Shown here: piece by piece, positions 39,237 through 46,509 of the stretch
How the letters are laid out: each line of letters begins with the position of its first letter
Position numbering within the stretch: position 1 is the stretch's first letter
NCBI GenBank assembly: GCA_000739515.1
Contig: DF820455.1
Span: forward strand, 1,258,203-1,304,711
Length of the DNA: 46,509 nucleotides
Reading direction: 5' to 3'
Source of the DNA: Candidatus Moduliflexus flocculans
Lineage (GTDB): Bacteria > Moduliflexota > Moduliflexia > Moduliflexales > Moduliflexaceae
The notes under the pieces: generated by a model
The model's input: only the letters and a program-made list of their open reading frames with translations
What the model was told of the DNA's origin: nothing
The model's database searches: none
Made by a program: the position numbers and the translations under genes

Positions 39237-39650
39237 TTACGATACGGTTAACGGAATATACACCGTATTGCTGGACGTGCCGTCCCGGTTCTGAACAAAC
39301 ACAGAGAGAATGACTTCGCCTGGTTGAACGAGCACGCTCAGTTGAAATGATGTGGTCAGCGTGCCGGACGTGCCAGAGGCATTCGAGACTCGCCCCTGAT
39401 ACGAATTGCCCTGATTATCGGTAATAAAGGCCGTTCCGTCGTTCATTTTGCCAGAGACGTCAATAAAATTGATCGCTAACACGATGGTCGCGCCAGCATT
39501 GGCGGGGTTGGGCGTGGCTGTGCCCCCATCTGACAATTGCGGCGGAGTTGACGGCCCGGTCGGGCCATCGCTGCCGCCATCGCATCCAGCGAGGGCGATG
39601 ATCAGCGCGAATATTATACCCCACCACACAGACTTCATGCGAAACTTCAT
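39237..39650 (-). CDS. Small lipoprotein of 137 aa. Lipobox LAGC, then a Gly/Ser/Pro-rich linker and a beta-rich domain.
   Basis: An AAGGAGG RBS lies 7 nt upstream of the ATG. It is on the same strand as, and 88 bp downstream of, the HEAT-FGE gene. Confidence 0.6.
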   Translation of the reverse strand: MKFRMKSVWWGIIFALIIALAGCDGGSDGPTGPSTPPQLSDGGTATPNPANAGATIVLAINFIDVSGKMNDGTAFITDNQGNSYQGRVSNASGTSGTLTTSFQLSVLVQPGEVILSVFVQNRDGTSSNTVYIPLTVS

Positions 39651-39738
39651 TCTTATGCCTCCTTTGTTAAATGATTAATATTCTGGATTATCTCGTCGCG
39701 CGGCAACGCCGCGATTCCTCATTCAGCCGAGGAAACTC

Positions 39739-41604
39739 TTATGATGTGAAATCTTTGGCACAGCGAAAACCGATAAAATTGCTCCGGTTGTCTGCCGGGG
39801 CATAAAGTCTGGTCGTGCAAGTGGACTGGTACTCCGGGTGAATCCACGATCCGCCGCGCAACACGATAAAATCTTCGTCATAATCCGGACTTTGATGCTG
39901 ACTCCAGGCATACGGCTTATATCGGTCTGCGGTCCATTCCAAGACATTGCCAGTCATATCATATACGCCGAAAGGACTGATGCCGCTGGGATATTGGCTG
40001 ACTGGCGTCAGATGATGTACGCCGGATTCCTGCGTATTGCAACGGGTATGATCGAATTCGCTCCCCCACGGGAACGTTCTGCCATCCGTTCCTCGCGACG
40101 CTTTTTCCCATTCTGCCTCAGTTGGCAGGCGCTTTCCTATCCAGCGGGCATAAGCGTTCGCTTCGTCCCAGGTAATGTTCACGACCGGAAACGCCTCCAT
40201 GCCGTCGGGGTAGGAATGATTCGGGTCAAACCGTTTGTATTGTGCGTTTGTGACTTCATGCATGTCAATGAAAAATCCATCAAGATACACACTTTGTTCC
40301 GGGCTGGCGTTCGGCGAGCCATTTTCGCGCCCCATAATAAAATGGCCTGGCGCAATATAACACATATTGGCAAACGTATCTTCCGATCGATATTCTAAGC
40401 GAATCGGCGTCTGCGCTTGTGGAATTGTCACAATATCAAGCGTTTTCAGGATGTCGCGGGAAATGCTTTGCAGAAAAGCGTTTTTTTGTTGCTCTAATCG
40501 CGTCAAGATCGGCAAAATCGCAGGCGTCGCGATTTTGCCCAGCGCATAGGCCGCTTTCCAATGCACCATCCAATCGTCATCATGCAGCGCGTGAAGCAGC
40601 GGCTCAAACGCTTGTTCCGATCCAATCTGCCAGAGGGCGCTGACCGCCATGCTGCGCACGTGCCAATTAGGGTCGATCAGGGCGCGGCTGAGAGCTTTGA
40701 TTGATTTTTCGGAACGAAGCTGTCCGAGCGCCCATACCGCGCTTTCGCGCACTTGCCAGACTTCATCCTGCAACGTGGCAACCAATGCTGGCAAAGCGCG
40801 TTGCGAGCGAAGTTCTCCGAGCACCTGCGTGACGCGCTGCCGAATCTGCCAATTTTCGTCATGCAGCGCGAACACTAATGGCTTGATGGTTCGATTCGAT
40901 TCCATGCCCCGCAAGGCTCCAACGGCGCAATACCGCACATGCCAGACATCATCACTCAGGCATTTTACCATGTCTTTAAGCGCTGAGGCCGACCCGATTT
41001 TGCTTAAGACATCAAGCGCCGTACAGCGCACATGCCAGACATCATCGCGCAGCGCTTTGATAATATGCTGCACCACGCCATTCGACGGTGTCAGGCTTAA
41101 TTCGAGCAGCGCGGCTTCGCGAATTGTCCAATCGCCATTTTGTAATGCTTTCGTCAATTCGCCAACGGAACGTTTTAACGAAATCGCTGATGCAGGAGAA
41201 TTCGAAGATTGGCGATGAAGTGGGGAAATCTGCGCGGCACCGTCTGGGATCGGCACCGCTTGTTTCGTCGGCATCGGCTGATCATTTCCAGTTACTGACA
41301 CAACGGGACGGGGAATGGCGTGAGGCGGCGTATCTGACGGAAATGAGGCCGGAAGGGATTTCGGCGCAGAGGGATGATACTGGCGAATGGCAACTGTCGC
41401 GCCGGCTTGCTCTAAATAGACTTTCAGCTTTTTTGTCGCAATTGCGGAAATATTGGCGGCGATCACGCAGGGACAGGATGTCAGAATCGCTTCCGGTGAA
41501 GCGCTCAACCCGCGGATATGTTGAAGCAGCCGGAATACCTTCTCCCGTTCCGTGCCAATAGCTCGCAATTCTACCTCGAATCGAGCGGCGTGTTGACTTT
41601 CCAA
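39739..41604 (-). CDS. Multi-domain protein: N-terminal ribosomal L7/L12 C-terminal-domain-like module, a Pro-rich linker, about 8 HEAT (PBS-lyase-type) repeats, then a C-terminal FGE-sulfatase (SUMF1-like) domain that lacks the catalytic Cys pair.
   Basis: The N-terminus FEVELRAIGTEREKVFRLLQHIRGLSASPEAILTSCPCVIAANISAIATKKLKVYLEQAGATVAI aligns with the L7/L12 CTD ([38 protein letters not shown]...KKALEEAGAEVEV). Repeated DDVWHVR/AA.ALG motifs mark the HEAT repeats. The C-terminal region carries FGE-sulfatase motifs (GNV.EWT.D, RGGSW, FRCA). The start is TTG. Confidence 0.7.
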   Translation of the reverse strand: MESQHAARFEVELRAIGTEREKVFRLLQHIRGLSASPEAILTSCPCVIAANISAIATKKLKVYLEQAGATVAIRQYHPSAPKSLPASFPSDTPPHAIPRPVVSVTGNDQPMPTKQAVPIPDGAAQISPLHRQSSNSPASAISLKRSVGELTKALQNGDWTIREAALLELSLTPSNGVVQHIIKALRDDVWHVRCTALDVLSKIGSASALKDMVKCLSDDVWHVRYCAVGALRGMESNRTIKPLVFALHDENWQIRQRVTQVLGELRSQRALPALVATLQDEVWQVRESAVWALGQLRSEKSIKALSRALIDPNWHVRSMAVSALWQIGSEQAFEPLLHALHDDDWMVHWKAAYALGKIATPAILPILTRLEQQKNAFLQSISRDILKTLDIVTIPQAQTPIRLEYRSEDTFANMCYIAPGHFIMGRENGSPNASPEQSVYLDGFFIDMHEVTNAQYKRFDPNHSYPDGMEAFPVVNITWDEANAYARWIGKRLPTEAEWEKASRGTDGRTFPWGSEFDHTRCNTQESGVHHLTPVSQYPSGISPFGVYDMTGNVLEWTADRYKPYAWSQHQSPDYDEDFIVLRGGSWIHPEYQSTCTTRLYAPADNRSNFIGFRCAKDFTS

Positions 41605-41966
41605 GCGTTCTTTTCTGCTCAGGCCGTCTGCCGCGCGTGTCTATCACGCGCCGCGGCTGGCTGGCAGCATGTCATGTGTACCTATTTTCTCGGCGTCCCG
41701 ATTAAGTGTTCATCAAAAACAGACAATCATCTGTATAGTATAATTATGCAGGTTTTACTGGCGTGTCAAGAAAAAAGCGTCATTGGAGAATGTTGAAGAG
41801 GCAATTGCAGGAGATTGCTCGGCGCTGATTCGAGCAGATATTGATTTTCTTGAAAAAAATGATGCTCGTGCTGTTGGAACGGCGCGTTTCAGGAGCGTCA
41901 GGCGTCATTGCGTCCCCTTGCCTTCGAAGAGATCGCATATTAGGGAACTTTCAAAAGGCCGTAAAT

Positions 41967-42000
41967 CCGGTAGAGACGCGCGGGTGCGCGTCTCTACCGG
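41967..42000. terminator. Family-3 hairpin CCGGTAGAGACGCGC-GGGT-GCGCGTCTCTACCGG, about 30 bp downstream of the MCP stop on the minus strand.
   Basis: 15-bp perfect stem read directly. Confidence 0.6.
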
Positions 42001-42030
42001 CATGGGACAAGTTTCCTGCAATTGGCATGA

Positions 42031-44331
42031 CTAAAAATGTTCAAATTCATTGTCGAGTTCATCATGAAATATGCTGTCCGACCGATGTTTTTCTGCGCTA
42101 TGATGTCGGCGGTGAGGAGTTTTGTCATGCATGTTTCTGTCGTGTTTTTTTTCGAGAAGCGGCGTGGGAGGCGCGCCGGGAACGGCAACTTCTGCGGCGG
42201 CGGCTGATTCGGAGACGTGAAAAAATGTAATCGCCTTTTGAAGCTGTCTGGCCTGAGCAGCCAGTTCTTCCGCGGTAGCGGCCAGCTCGTCGGCAGTCTC
42301 AGCGTTTTCCTGCGTGACTTGATCTAATTGCTGGATCGCGCGATTCACTTGCTCGGCTCCCATGCTTTGCTCGGAACTCGCGGCGCTGATTTCTTGCACT
42401 AAGTCGGAAGTGGTCTGAATGTTGGGAACAAGTTTTGTGAGCATCTCCCCGGCTCGTTCTGAAATAGCGCGGCTGGAATTCGCAAGCGTGTCAATTTCTT
42501 CCGCCGCATCTTTGGTAATATCAGAAAGTTTACGAACCTCTGCGGCAACCACAGAAAAGGCTTTGCCATGTTCTTGCGCTCTGGCCGCTTCAATCGTCGC
42601 ATTTAATGAGAGCAACCGCGTTTGTTGCGCAATTTCTTGAATAATCATGATTTTTTTCGTGATTTCCTGCATGGCCGTGACCGTTTCCCGAACCACTCGC
42701 GCCCCTTCTTCAGCATATTCGACCGATTGCCGGGCAATTTTTTCCGCCTGCACCGCATTATCTGCGTTTTGGCGAATATTCGTTGTCATCTGTTCCATCG
42801 AGGCTGACGCTTGCTCGGTCGAGGCCGACTGATTCGCCGCTCCTTCCGACATCTGCGCGGCGTTCACATTCATCTGCTGACTGCTGATCGCCACGTTATC
42901 AGCGCTCACTTTAATCTGAACCACGATATCCTGCAATGTTTTGCTCATGCTATTGAGTGCGCGCATCAGCGTATCCTGTTCCGAGCGTTCTTGCACTTCC
43001 CTGGTAAAATTTCCGCGCGCCATCTCTTCTGCTAAACTGGTAATCTCCTGGGTGGCAATAATCAATTGATTGACATTCTTTTTAATCGTGTTGAAATCGC
43101 CGCGATATTCTGCGGTAATCAATTCCGGCACATCCCCTTTGGCAATTCGCTCAATCGTTTGTATCGCCACTGTCACCGGCGTCGTAAATGCATCAACTAC
43201 CTGATTGACACCAGAGACGAGTTCGCGCCAACCGCCGCCGAAGGCGGAGACATCGCCGCGCGCGTCAAGCTGCCCATCCTGAATCGCCTGACTGAGCGTG
43301 CGAATCGCCTGAATGACGTTCCGAATATCTGAGCCTAACAGATTCAGATTCTGTTTCGTCTTATTAAAATCGCCGCAGTATTCAGCGGTAATCTGTTCTG
43401 GAATTTCGCTGTTTGAAAGCCGTTCGATATAATTGGCAGTGGTATTAATGGGCGTCACCAACGCGTCTAACAAGTTATTCACGCCGACCATAAGCTCGCG
43501 CCAATTACCCGCATAACCGGACAACTCGCTGCGCGTGGATAACTGCCCAGCTTGAATGGCCTGGATAAGCCCATGCAAATCCAGCAAGGCGCGTTGGATC
43601 GTAGTTTGCATCGTGTGAAATGCGCGGGCTAACGATCCAATTTCGTCGCGTTGGCGGATATCAATGACCTGCTCAAATTGCCCGTCGGCAATGCTATTAG
43701 CCACCTTGACCAGGCTCGTCACCGGCTGCACGATCATTTTGCGTCCCATGACATAGGATAAGGCTAATAATGCGACAAACACAATCAGCGACGCCCAGCC
43801 AACGGAGATGAGATACGATTGGCGCTGCCGAAACATAATTGTTTTGGGCAGCGTGACGCCGATGAGCCAATCCCAGGTCTCAAAATACTTAAAGACCGTA
43901 AAATAGCCAACTCCCGCCTGCTCATAATCCAGCGTCCCGGACTTTTGAGCGAGCATCTGCTGGATGTATGCCTGATTGGCGGCCTGGCTCTCATCCTGCG
44001 CAAATTTTGATTGGAACAGCATTTTTTGTTCTTTAACGGCAAGCACATAATAACCTTCTGTCTGCGATTCAGTTTCCGCCGACATCTTCTGAAGTATCTC
44101 AGTCTGCGCCTGTTGCACGTATGCCGCGATTCCCGTGGCGCCGGAATCTTCCAACAGCTTGATCGTCGCGTCGATTTTTTCGATTTGCGCGGCTAATTTT
44201 AACGATAACAAGCCTGTATTCAGTTCGTAAATAATGGCATTAATCACCCAGGTGCCAATCGCGACCATTAAGATGACCATCGCGAAGAGCAGAGATCCGA
44301 TAAAGACGGATAGTTTCATTTGAATTTTCAT
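42031..44331 (-). CDS. Methyl-accepting chemotaxis protein with a periplasmic sensor domain, HAMP, three tandem roughly 75-aa HAMP-like repeats (poly-HAMP) and the MCP signalling domain.
   Basis: Two TM segments. Triplicated segment ...GYAGNWRELMVGVNNLLDALVTPIN... / ...GGWRELVSGVNQVVDAFTTPVT... . Conserved MCP region LLSLNATIEAARAQEHGKAFSVVAAEVRKLSD. Confidence 0.85.
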   Translation of the reverse strand: MKIQMKLSVFIGSLLFAMVILMVAIGTWVINAIIYELNTGLLSLKLAAQIEKIDATIKLLEDSGATGIAAYVQQAQTEILQKMSAETESQTEGYYVLAVKEQKMLFQSKFAQDESQAANQAYIQQMLAQKSGTLDYEQAGVGYFTVFKYFETWDWLIGVTLPKTIMFRQRQSYLISVGWASLIVFVALLALSYVMGRKMIVQPVTSLVKVANSIADGQFEQVIDIRQRDEIGSLARAFHTMQTTIQRALLDLHGLIQAIQAGQLSTRSELSGYAGNWRELMVGVNNLLDALVTPINTTANYIERLSNSEIPEQITAEYCGDFNKTKQNLNLLGSDIRNVIQAIRTLSQAIQDGQLDARGDVSAFGGGWRELVSGVNQVVDAFTTPVTVAIQTIERIAKGDVPELITAEYRGDFNTIKKNVNQLIIATQEITSLAEEMARGNFTREVQERSEQDTLMRALNSMSKTLQDIVVQIKVSADNVAISSQQMNVNAAQMSEGAANQSASTEQASASMEQMTTNIRQNADNAVQAEKIARQSVEYAEEGARVVRETVTAMQEITKKIMIIQEIAQQTRLLSLNATIEAARAQEHGKAFSVVAAEVRKLSDITKDAAEEIDTLANSSRAISERAGEMLTKLVPNIQTTSDLVQEISAASSEQSMGAEQVNRAIQQLDQVTQENAETADELAATAEELAAQARQLQKAITFFHVSESAAAAEVAVPGAPPTPLLEKKHDRNMHDKTPHRRHHSAEKHRSDSIFHDELDNEFEHF

Positions 44332-44397
44332 ATTTCACCGTAATAATATGTTTGATACGCTCGTTTTCAAGAAAAGAGTCGCATCCGTTGTGCGTGT

Positions 44398-45408
44398 TTA
44401 TTTTTTGCGAATGACTTGCTTACCCTCGTAGTCGTCATAGATGACATTGGCGAGATTCAACACGTCCATAGGGAAGACGATGCCTAAATTTGTGGCGGTT
44501 TTGCGGTTGAGCGCAATGTTGACTTTGCCTGGATATTCAGCTTTGATCGTGTTGATCTCCTCCCCTTGTAACACTCGCGCCACCATCCGTCCACATTGCA
44601 TACCGACCTCCGCCGTATCAATCCCAAAAGCGCAGAGCGTGCCGGCTTGCACCGGAAATTCCCAATAGGAGACCGTCGGTTTTTTGAGATGCTCTCGCTG
44701 CCAGGGATACAGCTCAGTGATCACATTAAGCGCGCTGCCATCGCGTTTACGCGTCGGAGATGAGCGCAGTATCCATCCCACTTCAGGATCGTCGTTATAC
44801 TGCAAAATTGCCTGCTGCCAATCTTCAAACACCTCTGCGTTCACAACAGCTTTGAGCGGAATTTGAAGGCGCTGCAAGGCATCAATCACGCGCTCTTTGG
44901 GCAAGATCGAAAATTTGGGATTATCCAGGAACACCACCTGCTGCCCAGGCTTCAGTGGGGCGACTTTCTGCAAAAATTTATAGCTATTAAAGACCATATC
45001 CTGCAAGGTCGTGTAGGTTCCGGTAATATTGCTGGTGGGCATGCCATCTTCCCCAACAAAGGGTTCAACATTCACCCGAGTGATCACCGGAATCGGAAGC
45101 CCCTTTAACGCGACCAACACATCGCTTAATCCAGAAACATCTAAGATCGCTGAGGGAGCGCTCTCCTGAATTTGAGCGACCACTTGCGTCAAATCACCTT
45201 GAGATGGCACAACAATTTTTTCGATGCGCACATTCTGTTGATCGGTCAAACCGGCCTGGGTCAACCCATTCAACATTTGATCAAAAATTAGGGGGTTGAG
45301 ATTTTGCATATCCAACACCACAACCTTTTTGAGGTCTGCCGCGCCCCCGACATTCGCAGCCCCCAATAGCGCCACAAGCGCTATGCTCATCATCACGATG
45401 CGTTTCAT
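44398..45408 (-). CDS. Periplasmic ABC-type substrate-binding protein of the COG2984 / ABC_sub_bind family, upstream of and co-oriented with the MCP.
   Basis: Signal peptide MKRIVMMSIALVALLGAANVGGAA. Family pattern (...NITG..., C-terminal ALNRKTATNLGIVFPMDVLNLA). Confidence 0.65.
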   Translation of the reverse strand: MKRIVMMSIALVALLGAANVGGAADLKKVVVLDMQNLNPLIFDQMLNGLTQAGLTDQQNVRIEKIVVPSQGDLTQVVAQIQESAPSAILDVSGLSDVLVALKGLPIPVITRVNVEPFVGEDGMPTSNITGTYTTLQDMVFNSYKFLQKVAPLKPGQQVVFLDNPKFSILPKERVIDALQRLQIPLKAVVNAEVFEDWQQAILQYNDDPEVGWILRSSPTRKRDGSALNVITELYPWQREHLKKPTVSYWEFPVQAGTLCAFGIDTAEVGMQCGRMVARVLQGEEINTIKAEYPGKVNIALNRKTATNLGIVFPMDVLNLANVIYDDYEGKQVIRKK

Positions 45409-46130
45409 TGCGTTTCACTCCTGTCGGCTCAGCGTGAGCGCTGAGATATATCATCACATCGCCCGCGACGCCAATCATAAAAAGGGAATAAGAAAAATGT
45501 CATTTGACCAACATTTCCCATAATGCGACTAGAGATAGACAGCAAAAGCGAGCGAAGGATGAAAAAATTTTTCTTCATGTCCGCGTGTTTTTGTACCTGC
45601 AATGATAACCTTCACATCCAATAAACGATTTTCCGCCCTGTTTGCAGCAGTGATGGTAAAAACGATTATAAATCGTACATTGTCAGACTGTTTTCATGAG
45701 AACAACACCCTCGTTTCAACTGATGCCAATTGCATTTGAAAAGATCACTCACTTAAATATTGACATATCTTCATCATCTACAAAATGTTGAATTCAGCGG
45801 GGCGTGAGTGTGTACGCTCTGCTTGAACGCAGTGGCCTATCGAAAAAGTGTGGAGGATAAATTTTACACAGTCGCTTGTCTGTGCGCTCCGTAGCATTCT
45901 TTGCGAACGGTTCGGACACAGAGCATATCATTAAATTAATTATGGAACTTCCCAGGCATGTGTTGGGAGGCTTAACATAGATAGATTCAACTCTCCTTGT
46001 ATAGCCTCCCGCCAATCGTCATGTTTTCGTGTTTGGTGTGAGGCTTGTCTTGTGTTCTGCTCCGATTCAGACAGCCTCTTCAGTTAGTATCGTCAATGAT
46101 CTCTGTGAATTTTGAAGAGGAGGTTTACCC

Positions 46131-46509
46131 ATGATTCGTATCTTCGACGGCTCGAATCAACTGATTGAAGTCGAGAATCCGAAAGCCAAAGGTTCGTGGA
46201 TTCATCTGACATCGCCCACAGATGAAGAATTGCAGCATATCTATAGAATATTTCAAGGGATGGTCCCGATGGATTTCCTCACGGATCCGTTGGATATCAA
46301 TGAACGCTCTCGCATTGAAGTGGATGATCATAGTGTGCTGATCATTGCGCGTTTTCCGGTGTTTAATCAATCGCGCGATATTGCCTTCACAACTCAGCCG
46401 GTTGGAATCATCTATACCGAGGACGCGATTCTGACGATATGCTGCCAGGATAGCGATATTTTTGCTGATTTTATCAACGGAAAGGTCAAAAATTTTTCAA
46501 CGCAATTTC
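46131..46509 (+). CDS. corA: CorA-like Mg2+/Co2+ transporter, N-terminal fragment. The gene continues past the window end.
   Basis: A strong GAGGAGG RBS lies 7 nt upstream of the ATG. The pattern MIRIF...WIHLTSPTDEELQHI...VDDHSVLIIARFP resembles the CorA N-terminal soluble domain. It is partial, so the call is tentative. Confidence 0.5.
   Translation, partial: MIRIFDGSNQLIEVENPKAKGSWIHLTSPTDEELQHIYRIFQGMVPMDFLTDPLDINERSRIEVDDHSVLIIARFPVFNQSRDIAFTTQPVGIIYTEDAILTICCQDSDIFADFINGKVKNFSTQF

Noticed and set aside
43060-43640. Tandem DNA repeats inside the MCP gene as a possible repeat element.
   Set aside because: They encode the triplicated HAMP-like protein repeats. They are a coding-level duplication, not an independent repeat element.
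46020-46130. M-box (Mg riboswitch) upstream of corA. GTTTGGTGTGAGGCT resembles the M-box 5' segment GTTAGGTGAGGCT.
   Set aside because: Only about 15 nt of resemblance. The remaining roughly 150 nt of an M-box cannot be placed before the start codon.
1-46509. CRISPR arrays, tRNA/rRNA genes, transposases, integrases and phage genes.
   Set aside because: No regularly spaced direct repeats with unique spacers. No T-psi-C-like tRNA signatures. No ORF shows transposase or integrase motifs. The window looks like core chromosome.

Overview
This 46.5-kb window reads as ordinary bacterial chromosome, not an obvious mobile island. It is gene-dense and lies on both strands. No rRNA, tRNA, CRISPR array or transposase was recognised. 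Main content, in order: a partial gene for a periplasmic-domain protein; a frameshifted hybrid response-regulator/histidine kinase; a 2014-aa multi-domain signalling protein (Ser/Thr kinase, AAA/NTPase, helical repeats, GAF, HisKA, HATPase, receiver); a 3-Cys Rrf2 regulator; alanine racemase; an AraC regulator with a GH1 beta-glucosidase; a secreted metallo-beta-lactamase-fold hydrolase; the conserved yebC-ruvC-ruvA-ruvB block; glgC; three unknown envelope proteins; a NitT/TauT-type ABC importer; a DHH/DHHA1 phosphoesterase with a small ACT-like protein; two separate operons that each pair a periplasmic solute-binding protein with a chemoreceptor; an anaerobic-type cobalamin cluster (cbiD-cbiE-cbiT-cbiL-cbiF-cbiG plus a PduO-type adenosyltransferase); large TPR lipoproteins; an unusual L7/L12-CTD-like + HEAT + FGE-sulfatase-like protein followed by a small lipoprotein; and the 5' end of a corA-like gene. 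The most striking thing not explained by genes is the intergenic DNA. At least five families of short perfect palindromes recur there, some followed by T-runs, and several sit inside the cbi operon. There are also two larger composite inverted-repeat elements: a GC-rich one before the giant kinase and a roughly 150-bp nested palindrome between ruvA and ruvB. The source organism cannot be assigned from sequence alone. The giant STK-GAF-HK architecture, HEAT-FGE fusions, anaerobic cbi genes and moderate GC (low-to-mid 50s % by eye, not computed) are compatible with a Chloroflexota-like environmental bacterium, but that is inference only.
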